Positions 34,761 to 46,210 of a DNA stretch of 64,000 nucleotides are shown piece by piece. The notes beneath the pieces were generated by a model. It was not told the DNA's origin and made no database searches. It saw only the letters and a list, made by a program, of their open reading frames with translations. Origin of the DNA: Scyliorhinus canicula (taxonomy: Eukaryota). Within the stretch, counting starts at the first letter, position 1; each line of letters begins with the position of its first letter. The stretch spans positions 141,030,737-141,094,736 of the forward strand of contig NC_052160.1 of assembly GCF_902713615.1 (NCBI RefSeq), read 5' to 3'. The position numbers and the translations under genes are program-made.

Positions 34761-37560
34761 TTATAAGTACCTTATAGGTGCCCGTCTTTTCCTTGACGAC
34801 CTCCTTGGAAGTTGTTCTTCCTCCTCATCGGGGAGAGGTGTCGCGGCGGCCTCGTCGAGCGTGTCCATCTCCGACTCTGACGACTGGATGACGGGGTCTG
34901 GAGAAATTGCTCGGGGCTGGGGTGTGGGTATCCTTTCCGTCTGGGCTATCCCAGCTTGAGGCAGTCCTGCTTCGCCTGCCTCCAGGTGTGGTTCCGCTGC
35001 CCTTATTTGGTCTAGGTGTTTCTTCAGCACCTTACCTCCTATTGAAACCTCATAGGATATGGGCCCTGTTTGGGACTCTACCGTGCCCTTGACCCACGTT
35101 GGTCCATTCCCATAATTCTTGACCCAAACCGGTGCCCCCACCTGGAAATGTCTCTGCTGCCGACTATTATCATGCCCCCTGCTTTGGGCCTCCTGTTGTT
35201 TCTCCACTTTCCCCGTTAAATTTGGGAAAAGGAGACTCAGCCTCGTTCGCAGCCGCCTTCCCATTAAGAGTTCAGCTGGCGGTATGCCCGTTGTGGAATG
35301 CGGTGTGGTCCTGTAATCAAACAGCCAGCGGGAGAGCATTGTGTCCATTGACGCTGCCGGCTGCTTCTTGAGTCCCGCTTTAAGTGTCTGGACCGCTCTC
35401 TCTGCCAGGCCGTTGGTCGCTGGATGGTAAGGGGCCGTTTTGATGTGACGGACTCCGTTTTCCTTCAGGAATTTTCCAAATTCCCCACTTATGAATGCCG
35501 TTCCATTGTCCGACACCAATACCTCCGGCAGTCCATGTGTTGCAAATGAGGCCCTGAGCTTTTCAATTGTCGATGCTGTGCTTGCCGTGTTTACCCGGTG
35601 GATGTCCAACCACTTGGAGTGGGCGTCCACTATCACCAAAAACACTGAGCCCATGAAAGGGGCGGCGTGGTCAATATGCAGGCGGGTCCACGGTCTGCAT
35701 GGCCATTCCCACGGGTGCAATGGCGCCGCTGGTGGCACTCTGCCCCTATTGGCACTCCTGGCACCGACGTACCAAGGCTGCTATGTCTGTGTCCAAACCT
35801 GGCCACCAAACGTAGCTTCGAGCTAGCATCTTCATTTTAGACACCCCTGGGTGTCTGTGATATAGCTCGGTTAAGATTGCCTGACGGCCCTGAGCTGGGA
35901 CGATTACCCGGGCTCCCCATAATAGGATACCGTCTTCTACGGTTATTTGGTCCCTTCTGCTCCAGTATGGGTGCATCTGGGGCTCCACTGGTCTTTCCAG
36001 TTCCCCTGTTCGCAGTAAATGCTTCATCTTGGCTAAAACTGGGTCTTTTTGCGTCCACAACCAAATATGTTGGGCGCGATTCTCCGCACTCCCGACGGTG
36101 CGGAGAATAGCGTGGCTCGTAAAATTTTACGGCCACGCTGTTCCGACGCCCTCCCGCTATTCTCCCCCCCCCCCACGCCCGACTCCCGATACGAATCGCT
36201 TCCGCCGTTTTTTTACGGCCGGCAGCGATTCTCAGCTGTTCGATGGGCCGAGTTCCCAGCCCTTTACGGCTGTTTTTACGAACGGCAAACACACCTGGTC
36301 TGGCCGTTCGTAAAAACGGCCGTAAACTCTCAATCTTTAAAACCATGGCACCGATTGGCACGGCAGTACCACGGCCGTGCCAAGGGTGCCATGGGCCCGC
36401 GATCGGTGGGCACCGATCACGGGCAGCGGGCCCGATGCCCGCGCACTCTTTGTCCCTCCGCCGCCCCGCTGTATCACTTCGCGGGGCGGCTGAGGGGCAT
36501 CCCGGCCCGCGCATGCGCGGGTTTCACGCAAATGCGCGATGACGTCATCCGCGTATGCGCGGGTTGGAGTCTTCCAATCCGCGCATGCGCGGCTGACGTC
36601 ATATGACGCGTCAGCCAGCGCTAACTCTGGCAAGCGGGCTTAACGAAATTCGTTAAGCCCGCGATGCCGGAGTTTACGGCGTCGGCATGCTAGCCCCGAC
36701 CGGGGACCAGAATCGGTTCCCGGTCGGGAAGGGGGGGGCTGGCGTCAAACCCGCCCGGATTTGACGCCAGCCTTACGATTTCTCCCCATATGGGAGAATC
36801 GCGCCCGTTGTGCGTCTACTGGTAGGGTGTCCAAAAAATTTAGAGTCATTACTGTCTCCTCTACTTTTGGTATTTGCGGCGGAGTGTCTGGGAAGGGAAG
36901 TCTGCTCAAAGCATCTGCATTTGCTACTCGCGTTCCCGGTCTGTGCTCCAGAACGTATCTATACGCCGTCAGTAGCAACGCCCAGCGTTGGATTCTAGCT
37001 GATGCAATCGGGGGTATTGACTTGTCTTCTTTTAATAACTCTAATAACGGCTTATGGTCTGTCACTATGGTGAATTTCCACCCGTACAGATACTGGTGAA
37101 ATTTGTTTACTGCGAATATCACCGCCAGTCCTTCCTTCTCGATTTGGGCGTACTTCCTCTCAGCCATCGCCAAGGTCCTCGAAGCATAGGCTATTGGCTG
37201 TTCTTCCCCATTCCTTCCTCTATGGGCTAAGACGGCTCCTACCCCATACGGGGATGCATCACAATTGACCACCAACTCCTTCCTTGGGTCATAATGCTCT
37301 AGGTCATTTTTGGATGACGGCTGTTCCTTAATGTCCCTAAATGCTCAGTTTTGGCGGGTGGACCATTTCCATTCTTGCCCCTTTTTTAGTAGCTGGTGGA
37401 GGGGTTCTAGGATGGACGTCCTATTTTCAATAAATTTTCCATAATAGGTTACCAACCCTAGAAATGATCGTAACTCCTGGACCGTGGTGGGAGTTGAGGC
37501 TTCTTTTATTGCCCTTACTCGGTCTTCTAATGGGTGTAAGCCTGACTCGTCTACTTTATA
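34761..37560 (-). pseudogene. pol: pol remnant: RT thumb, RNase H, integrase
   Basis: LRSFLGLVTYY, CDASPYGVGAVL, IEKEGLA, TDHKPL, HHCC, IDHAAP/SDNG/NGLAERAV. Contains stops and a MITE insertion. Confidence 0.9.
36072..36806. mobile_element. Harbinger-type MITE inserted in pol
   Basis: Perfect 14-bp TIR GGGCGCGATTCTCC / GGAGAATCGCGCCC, 3-bp TSD GTT. Removing it restores PVDAQHIWLWTQKDP. Confidence 0.93.
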
Positions 37561-37577
37561 TCCCATCCTCGTCGCCA
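37560..37577 (-). promoter_or_regulatory. PBS complementary to the tRNA-Ser(GCU) 3' end
   Basis: Plus strand ATCCCATCCTCGTCGCCA equals the recalled 3' 18 nt, including CCA, of vertebrate tRNA-Ser(GCU). Confidence 0.85.
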
Positions 37578-38079
37578 CTGTAGTAATCCACGGGAGGCAG
37601 GAGTTCCGTCACCACACCAATATTTATTTACAATAACGATATTACAGGAGCAGCTACAAACAGTTCTGCTAGCAGTCCAGTCAACTTAAGACTGGCTCAC
37701 AAAGCCTACACAGGTGATTATATGGGCCCCCTCAATGAGCTATCATTGAGGGAGCTCATACTCCAATTGGCCAACCAATAAAGCCAATTGGAGTTCATTA
37801 GAGTTTCGCAAACCTCCTCATCATTTTACAGATCCCAACTTTTGTGTTATTTGATTTTGACAATATCCTCCAAGTATCCAAGTTCACAACACACTCACAA
37901 TCATGCACAGACCCAACACGAACACATAAAATATGGCGCTACAAACTCTTTTCCAAATTGAGTAATACTCATTAAGGCCAGGAATTTCCGCACCTTTTTT
38001 CATTAGGTGGGTGACTCAAACAAAAGTGATGTTGTGGGACCCGTCCCTTGAGGTTTCTCAGCCTAAGCTGAGATCGATT

Positions 38080-39640
38080 GGGGAATGTTACTCAAAGGGA
38101 TGACAGTGGATTAGCAATGGCAAACATTCATGGAGTGCATGGGTGAACTGCAACAATTGTTTATTCCTATCTGGCAAATAATAAAATGGGAAAGGTGGCC
38201 AATCCATGGTTTATAAGCAAAATTAGAGATAGTATTTGATCCAAGTATTTGGCCAAGAAAAATAACAGAGCTGAGGATTGGGAGCTGCTTGGAATTCAGC
38301 AAAGGAGGAACAAAGGGTTGATGAAGAAGGGGAAAATAGAGTATGAGAGTAAACCTGCGTGTAATAAAAACTAGCTGTAAAAGTTGTGATAGGTACATGA
38401 AGTGAAAAAGATTGATGAAGACAAATGTAGGTCCCTTACAGTCAGAAGCAGGGGAATTTATAATGGGGGACAAAGAAGTGGCCGAGCAACTAAATACATA
38501 CTTTGGCTCTGTCTTCACAAATGAGGAAACAAATACGATACCAGAAATGTTGGGTATTGTAGGTTTAGTGAGACAGAGGAACTGAAGATCAATATTAGTA
38601 GAGAAATGCTGTTGGGGAAATTGATGGGATTGAAGTCTGATAAGTTCCTAGGGCCTGATAATCTACATCCCGGAGTACTTAAGGAAGTGGCCCTAGAAAT
38701 AGTCAATGCATTGGTGGTCATTTTCTAAGAGTCTTAGATTCTGGGACAATTCCTACAGACTGGAGGCTAGTGAATGTAACTCCACTAGAAAAAGGGAGGT
38801 AGAGAGAAAACAGAAAATAATAGACCAGTAAGCCTGAAGTCGGTAGTGGGGAAAATTCTGGAATCCATTATCATAGATTTTGTAGCAGAGCACTTAGAAA
38901 GTAGTGACAGGATCGGACAGAGTCAGCATGGATTTATGATGGGGAAGACATGCTTGACAAACCTACTAGAATTCTTTGAATATGTAACTAGTAGAGATGA
39001 TGAGTGGATGTGGTTTAGTTGGACTTTCAGAAGGCTTTTGACAAAGTCCTGCGTGTAAAATTAAAGTGCATGGGATTAGGAGTATTGTACTGAGATGGAC
39101 AGAAAACTGGTTGGCAGACAGGAAGCAAAGAGTAGGAATTAACGGGTCTTTTTCCAAATGGCAGGCAGTGACTAGTGGGGTACCGCAGGGATCGGTGCTG
39201 GGACCCCAGCTATTCTCAATGTATATTCATTGATGAGGGAGCAAAATGTGATAGCTCCAAATTTGCAGATGACACAAAATTGGGTAGGAGGGTGAGCTGT
39301 GAGGTGAATGCAGAGATCGTTCAGTGTGATTTGGACAAGTTGAGTGAGTGGGCAAATGAATGGCAGATGCAATATTATTTGGATAAATGCGAGATTATCC
39401 ATTTTGGCAGCAAAAACGGGAAGACAGACTATTATATGAATGTGTAACGAGACCTGGGTGCCCTTGTACACAAGTTGCTGAAGGTAAGCATGCAGGTGCA
39501 GCAGGCGCTAAAGAAGGCACATGATATTTTGACCTTTATAGCGAGAGGATTTGAGTACAGGAGCAGGATACAGGGCCTTGGTGACACTACACCTGGAATA
39601 TTGTGTGTAGTTTTGGTCTCCTTATCTGAGGACTCTAGAG
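38080..39640 (+). mobile_element. Degenerate CR1 ORF2 segment
   Basis: QSQHGFM..CLTNLLEFFE, GVPQGSVLGP, KFADDTKLG. Confidence 0.88.
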
Positions 39641-40003
39641 GGAGAGCAGCGAAGGCCCGTTCAGCGGACATTAACTTGAGTCTGCTGAATCGCGCACTAG
39701 ATTACATTCTCTCAAGTCTGCAATTCCAACATTTTCTATTTTTATTCCACATTTGTACGTATTTTCTTTCTTTTTATTATTAGTATAGGACCTAATGTTT
39801 GAATCTCTATTGATGGTAATTAATCTCCTCCATACTTCCAGACTCTCGAATTCAATAAACAATATTACCAGCGCTCACTGTTTTAAGACAAAATATAAAA
39901 GAAATGAAGGAAAATGGGATACATTTTCCTCTGCTAGTATTAACAAAATATTTGTTATGTGCAGTTTGTCATAATTCTTCACATTACTCTTGTTAAGTAT
40001 GCT

Positions 40004-40233
40004 TTTTTTTTTTTTTATAAATTTAGATTACCCAATTATTTTTTCCAATTAAGGGGCAATTTAGCATGGCCAATCCACCTACTGTGCACATTTTTGGGTT
40101 GTGGGGGCGAAACCCACGCAGACACAGGGAGAATGTGCAAACTCCACACGGACAGTGACCCAGAGCCGGGATCGAACCTGGGACCTCAGCGCCGTGAGGC
40201 GGTTGTGCTAACCACTAGGCCACCGTGCTGCCC
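40004..40233 (-). mobile_element. A-tailed short V-type SINE with 14-bp TSD
   Basis: TTGTTAAGTATGCT at 39990-40003 and 40234-40247. Confidence 0.9.
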
Positions 40234-40462
40234 TTGTTAAGTATGCTGTTGAGATTTCTACCTCAAAACTTACTGTAATATATGGTGCCATGCTTTATAT
40301 CAGCTGCATATTACAGTAATATTGAGACAGCAGAAACAGACCCTGACAAGAATGACAAAACTTGCACTGCTGTGACACCCCTGGTTGCAGGGAGGCAACT
40401 CAGAGCAAATGACCACCAGAGGGATAACCGGACAAGAGGAAAGGATTGGAGATATTAGAATG

Positions 40463-40775
40463 AGGGGCATCACGGTAGCATTGTGGTTAGCACAATTGCT
40501 TCACAGCTCCAGGGTCCCAGGTTCGATTCCCGGCTTGGGTCACTGTCTGTGCGGAGTCTGTACTTTCTCCCCGTGTCTGCGTGGGTTTTCTCCTACAATC
40601 CAAAGATGTGCCGTGCTAAATTGCCCTTAAGTGTCCAAAAAAAGGTTAAGTGGGGGGTTACGGGGATAGGGTAGAGACGTGGGCTTGAATAGGGTGCTCT
40701 TTGTAAGGGCCAGTGCAGACTCAATGGGCCATTCTCCTTCTGCACTGTAAATTCTATGATTCTATGGTTCTATGA
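40463..40775 (+). mobile_element. HE1/V-type SINE
   Basis: Head, core and TTCTATG tail. Confidence 0.85.
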
Positions 40776-42059
40776 ACCGGGGGACAATTATGGAGAAAAG
40801 GTTAGAGTTTAGGAAAGAGGTGGCAAGGACGAGCAGCTGTTCAGAGAACTCCAGAAAGTGGGTGCCCAAGGGCTGAGCAAGACATCGGAGATGGAGGAGG
40901 GGAGGATACAAGGCAATCAGGTGGGGAGAATGAGGGAAGGAAGGAAAAGTCCAGCAGTGCTAAGCAGAGAATGCGTTCAAATGCATACGGTAAAAAGGAC
41001 ACTGACGTTGTTCAAAATTTCAATCGCACCAATTGATCATCCTTTGCCATTAAAGTGCAAGCGTGTCAGCAGGTTTCAAAGTGAATGAGGACACATGCTT
41101 CAAAGCTGTAGCCTCCACAATTTCCAGGAAGTTACTAATATTCAGCTGGCTACGAGGTGTGATGTTCCACATTGAAGCATTTTTACCGGAAATGCCCATC
41201 TTGAAGGCTCACAGTAGATTGAAAAAGCATGACTGTGTAGTCTTTGTCTTTGTGCTCAGGTTGCTGACCTATATTTCTCACCATTTGAACCATAGAACCA
41301 TAGAGCATACAGTGCAGAAGGATGCCATGCGGCCCATCGAGTCTGCACCGGCCCACTTAAGTCCCCACTTCCACCCTATCCCCGTAACCCAATAACCCCT
41401 CCTAACTATAATTTGGCTTGTAGTTCCAGATCAGGAGCAATTGGAAACTTTAGAAGCCTAGTTTGTGAGAACTCTTGGGTATATTCCACTTACCTGCAAC
41501 AGAAGGATTTGTTAATAGGGTTAAATGAAGTAGAGTTAAAAGAGGTTCATGTGGAGCAGTTGGGCTAAATAGTGTGTTACTGTGTTCTACATTCTATGGA
41601 ATTGTATGTTGGGGCGGATTTAGCTCATTGGGCTGGTTTGTGGTGCAGAACAAGGCCAGCGGGCCTTCAATTCACATACCAGCTCAGGTTATTCATGAAG
41701 GCCCCTCTTCTCAATCTTGCCCCTCGCCTGAGAAGTGGTGATCCTCAGGTCCCCCTCAAAGGGGAAAGCAGCCTTAAGTCACCTGAGACTACGCCGACTT
41801 TTTAATTCTATGTACCTCTATCCTCCTACCCCATGCAATAATTTATTGGAATGGCAAACCCAACTCCCATTTCACCGGGTCACAATTTGTTTCCTATATG
41901 TTGTGAACTATGAAGTGGATTATAATCCTGGACCCTTTTTGGGACTATTCCGGATCAGGTGTGTTCCTCGGATGATCACTCCCACTTAAGGTTGGGAAAG
42001 ACAAGACACTTAAATGAGCCCAAAGATATGGGCTAACTCTTCCTGAAGGAAAGGAACCA

Positions 42060-42685
42060 CCAATAAGTCCATAGACCATAAGACATAGGAGCAGAATTAG
42101 GCCATTCGGCCCATCGAGTCTGCTCCGCTATTCAGCCATGGCTGATATTTTCTCATCCTCATTCTCCTGTCTTCTCCCCAGGGCAGCACGGTAGCATTGT
42201 GGATAGCACAATCGCTTCACAGCTCCAGGGTCCCAGGTTCGATTCCGGCTTGGGTCACTGTCTGTGCGGAGTCAGCACATCCTCCCCGTGTGTGCGTGGG
42301 TTTCCTCCGGGTGCTCCGGTTTCCTCCCACAGTCCAAAGATGTGCAGGTTAGGTGGATTGGCCATGATAAAAAAAAATTCCCCTTAGTGTCCAAAATTGC
42401 CGTTAGTGTTAGGTGGGGTTGCTGAGTTATGGGGATAGGGTGGAGGTGTTAACCTTGGGTAGGGTGCTCTTTCCGGGAGCCGGTGCAGACTCGATGGGCC
42501 GAATGGCCTCCTTCTGCACTATAAATTCTATGTAAAGAACCCCTGATCCCCTTATTAATCAAGAACCTATCTATCTCTGTCTTAAGGACACTCAGTGATT
42601 TGGCCTCCACAGCCGTCTGCAGCAAAGAGTTCCACAGATTCACCACCCTCTGGCTGAAGAAATTCCTCCTAATCTCTGTTTTAAG
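42060..42685 (-). mobile_element. CR1 3' end interrupted by a plus-strand SINE (42181-42535)
   Basis: CR1 sequence resumes in register after the SINE (compare 25500-25700). Confidence 0.85.
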
Positions 42686-43004
42686 AATATTACTATAAAA
42701 ATATTATGATCCTCCAGACAACCTTTTTAGCTAGATTATAACAACCCAGATAGTATAAAGGTATGGGCATCTCTCCTCAACAATGTACCTCTTCATTAAA
42801 GAATGTACGGAGATGGTTTTTTGAGAATAGAGAAGACTATAAGAGACAATATATGTTCTAATTTACATAAAAGTTTATTAAGGAAGCAAACATGCAATTC
42901 ACTTTTGATGCTAAACACCACATTGATAGTGCTAGGAAGAGTAAATCTAATCTTGTTTTGAATTGAGCATCCAATTATTTTAATGTTACAGAGAGATATT
43001 AAAG

Positions 43005-43515
43005 ATAAAGGGGACATAAATTTAAGGTGAATGGTGGAAGATATAGGGGGGATGTCAGAGGTAGGTTCTTCCCAGAGAGCAATGGGGGCATGGAATGCAC
43101 TGCCTGTGGAAGTAGTTGAGTCGGAAACATTAGGGACCTTCAAGCGGCTATTGGATAGGTACATGGATTATGGTAGAATAATGGAGTGTAGATTAATTTG
43201 TTCTTAAGGGCAGCATGGTAGCATTGTGGTTAGCACAATTGCTTCACAGCTCCAGGGTCCCAGGTTCGATTCCGGTTTGGGTCACTGTCTGTGTGGAGTA
43301 TGCACATCCTCCCCGTGTGTGCATGGGTTTCCTCCGGGTGCTCCGGTTTCCTCCCACAGTCCAAAGATGTGCAGGTTGGGTGGATTGGCCATGATAAATT
43401 GCCCTTAGTGTCCAAAATTCTATGATAATCTATGATTAACCGAGGACAAAAGTTTGGCACAACATCGTGGGCCGAAGGGCCTGTTCTGTGCTGTATTTCT
43501 CTATCTATCTATCTA
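43005..43515 (+). mobile_element. CR1 3' end with a SINE (43208 to about 43425) embedded in its 3' UTR
   Basis: CR1 ORF end, SINE head and core, then CR1 tail GGGCCGAAGGGCCTG..(CTAT)n. Confidence 0.75.
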
Positions 43516-43780
43516 AATAAAGTAGTATTTACCTTAAAACCCTGAGTAGAATGTCTGGCAAGATATCCCTATGCCGATTAAGGGGAGAACTATCATCACT
43601 ACACTACAACAACTATGCATTTACCCTGAAAGACACTGGAATGAATCCAACAAATCTAAAAAATACTATAGTGTGATTCTAATATTTATACCATAAAAGA
43701 GCTGAAGCAGAAGCAAGCATGTTGAACACTGCTGTTGGACAACATCCTTTGATTTCATCAACAACCTTAATTTTAGTCAT

Positions 43781-43950
43781 GGTGTGGAGATGCCGGCATT
43801 GGACTGGGGTGAGCACAGTAAGAAGTCTTACAACACCATGTTAAAGTCCAACAGGTTTGTTTCAAACACGAGCTTTCGGAGCGCAGCTCCTTCCTCAGGT
43901 GAATGGAGAGGTATGTTCCAGAAACATTTATATAGACAAAGTCAGAGCAT
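43781..43950 (-). mobile_element. PLE fragment with minimal hammerhead (43867-43901)
   Basis: Minus strand CAC-CTGAGGA-A-GGAGC-TGC-GCTCC-GAAA-GC-TC-GTG. Confidence 0.7.
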
Positions 43951-45034
43951 CTCTGAGCTAGCCAGGTAGCATTTCAAGCCCCAGACCCTTGATTATACTG
44001 GAGCAATACAAGTTGAATTGGGCTGTTAGGGACCCAGGAGTGACAATCTCTGCATTAGTTGCCAGGCTGCGCCTATGGCCAAGCATTGTGAGTTCGGTAC
44101 AGCGCTCAGCAACATGCTGCGTGATAGTTTAGTATGCGGTATTAACAACATAAGTGTGAAAAAGAAGCTTCTGGCTGTAACGAAGATTACCCTCGACAGG
44201 GCAATTAAGATTGCTCAGGCAACAGAGTGCGCCAAGAGGGGTGGGTCAGAGCTTCAAGGCGTGTAAGAGGGCAAGGTGAACCAGCTGTGAGGTGGTATGG
44301 CAGCAAGGCGTGCAGCCAGGTCAACAGGCTCCCAGGAGGTTCAGCCACAATCCCAGGATTGGGAGTATAGTCAGTGGCCAGGAAAGAAGATGGGTTGTCA
44401 ATCCAGGAGTCAAGACAGCTGCCCCCAAGGAGCGTGCCGCTGCAAACAGTTTAGTTGTTTACGGTGCAATAGAAAGGGCCATATCCAGGCAGGTTGCCGC
44501 GTCCGACAGAACAGGGCAATTAAAAAAAAAACAAATCACGATTCCAAATGTAGATCCTGAAATGTACAGACTTGTTCTGAGGAAGTCCGTCGATGACCCA
44601 GGAGGGAGCTGGAGAATGGAGTGCCCCTGCTGTAGTGGTCGAAACTCAGAGACTACCTTCCAAGGTCAAAGTTGGAGGAAGCAGTTGGGTGACTAAGGTG
44701 GTCTCTGAGACCCCAAAATTCCCCCAACAGCTTGACATTGTGATGAACTGTTATGGACTCTCACCCCTTGTGTTTCTCAGCCCTTTTATTGTACATAGTA
44801 ATTGTACACAACCTGTTCTGCGAATATGTTATTGAGGGATTTAAGGGGGGGTGGGATCTGGTAGCGTGGCCTTTTTAAGGGGCGATCTCTCACAGTCCAC
44901 GTGACCGGTCTGGGGCCCATTGTGTGGGAGTGTGCAAACCCCGACCAATCGGGCAAAAGCACAGGGCCCAGGGAGTGGGCCCCCGGGCAGAGTGGACCCT
45001 GGAGCCAGAGAGTGAAGACCTGTTTAATGACTCT

Positions 45035-46210
45035 GGGCGCGATCTAGGTTTCTAAATGTAATTTGTGGCGGGTTTTGCTGGGAGTTTCACCCCAGCTCTG
45101 TGAGTGAGTTCCCCACCGCTTTCTCACCACACTTCGCCACTATTTTGGGCCCTGGGAGCTTCTCCCCGGTCTAACCCACACCTATAATTATTTTCATCAC
45201 TGGGGAGTGTAATGTTCTTGTCGGATGGCCTGATTTATATTACAAGAACATTTGTAGCTAAAGCTATAAATGATTTATCAACATTAACTGTGGACCACCT
45301 ATATTCAGAACAACAGATGAATAACAGTAAGATCATAGACAAGCAACTTCTCTCCTCCCTGCTCTCCAGTCAGTCTGAGGTCACCTCTCTCTAACATTCA
45401 CTTATATACCAGTGAGACTCCTAGTGGTCAGTCGGTGAACAACAACACAACCATGATATCACTACAGGGAGCTGAACACGTTGGCCAGTCCAGCTCCTCA
45501 GAGATCGGGACACCATTTTGAAAGGGTGCCCCCATCTCTAAGTGGTTTGGTGGATCTCCCGCCCCTCTTACTCATGGGCAACGTCATCCTCTTTACGCAT
45601 TACCCCACACTCCCGACCCAAGGGATGACACCCTGCTATGGAGTTGCTGAGGACCCCCCTTTTCTGACCTCTCCCCCCCCCCCACCCTTCCAGGACCCCT
45701 ACCCTTCACCGCCACCCCAACCTTCCAGAGGCCCTGCACTCCCCACCATTCATACCCCCCTCCATCCTCCTTTCATGAAAATGGCCCCACTCAGATCCTT
45801 GCTCTTGGCACCCAGGCACCCTGGCACCCAGCAGTGAACCAGGCAGCTTGGCATTGCCACCCAGGCACCGTGGAAGTGACAGGGTGGCAATGCCAAGCTG
45901 CCAGTCTGGCTGTGCCAAGGTGCCTGCATTCAAGACAGGACCAGTACTGAACGGCACCCAGCTGGGGTCTCCTGGGGAGACCGGTCGGAGCAGACAGCCC
46001 GATAGATCCTGGATCAGCACACCTAAGCGGGTTCGAAACCTACTTAGATGTGCAAAGCTTGATGCCGCCCATTGTGGGTGGGATCCTAATTGCGACGCCT
46101 TGTGAGATCCGGGTACATCTCGCGTGGTGTACTGGCTATTGGGAAGCCCACGAGAAGTCTCTACCAGCTGCATCATGGTCCTGCTCCAGCACAATGCTGC
46201 CGGGAGATCA
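45035..46210. mobile_element. Harbinger-type MITE nested in the LTR
   Basis: GGGCGCGATCTA start, degenerate GGGAGATCAC end. Confidence 0.55.
45208..45466. mobile_element. Solo LTR nested in the MITE
   Basis: TGTAATG...CACTACA termini, perfect TSD GGGAG (45203-45207 and 45467-45471). Confidence 0.88.

Larger units (their letters stand above)
34416..37802 (-). mobile_element. Mag-like Gypsy LTR element, internal deletion derivative
   Basis: 224-bp LTRs at 34416-34639 and 37579-37802 (6 mismatches by my count), TSD GTTTC, PPT GGGGGGGAGGGG, PBS TGGCGACGAG. gag, PR and most of RT are absent. Confidence 0.93.

Noticed and set aside
42690-43780. AT-rich segments faintly resembling Penelope RT or Polinton polB
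   Set aside because: Only scattered motif-like residues with stops in all frames. Cannot be supported without an HMM search.
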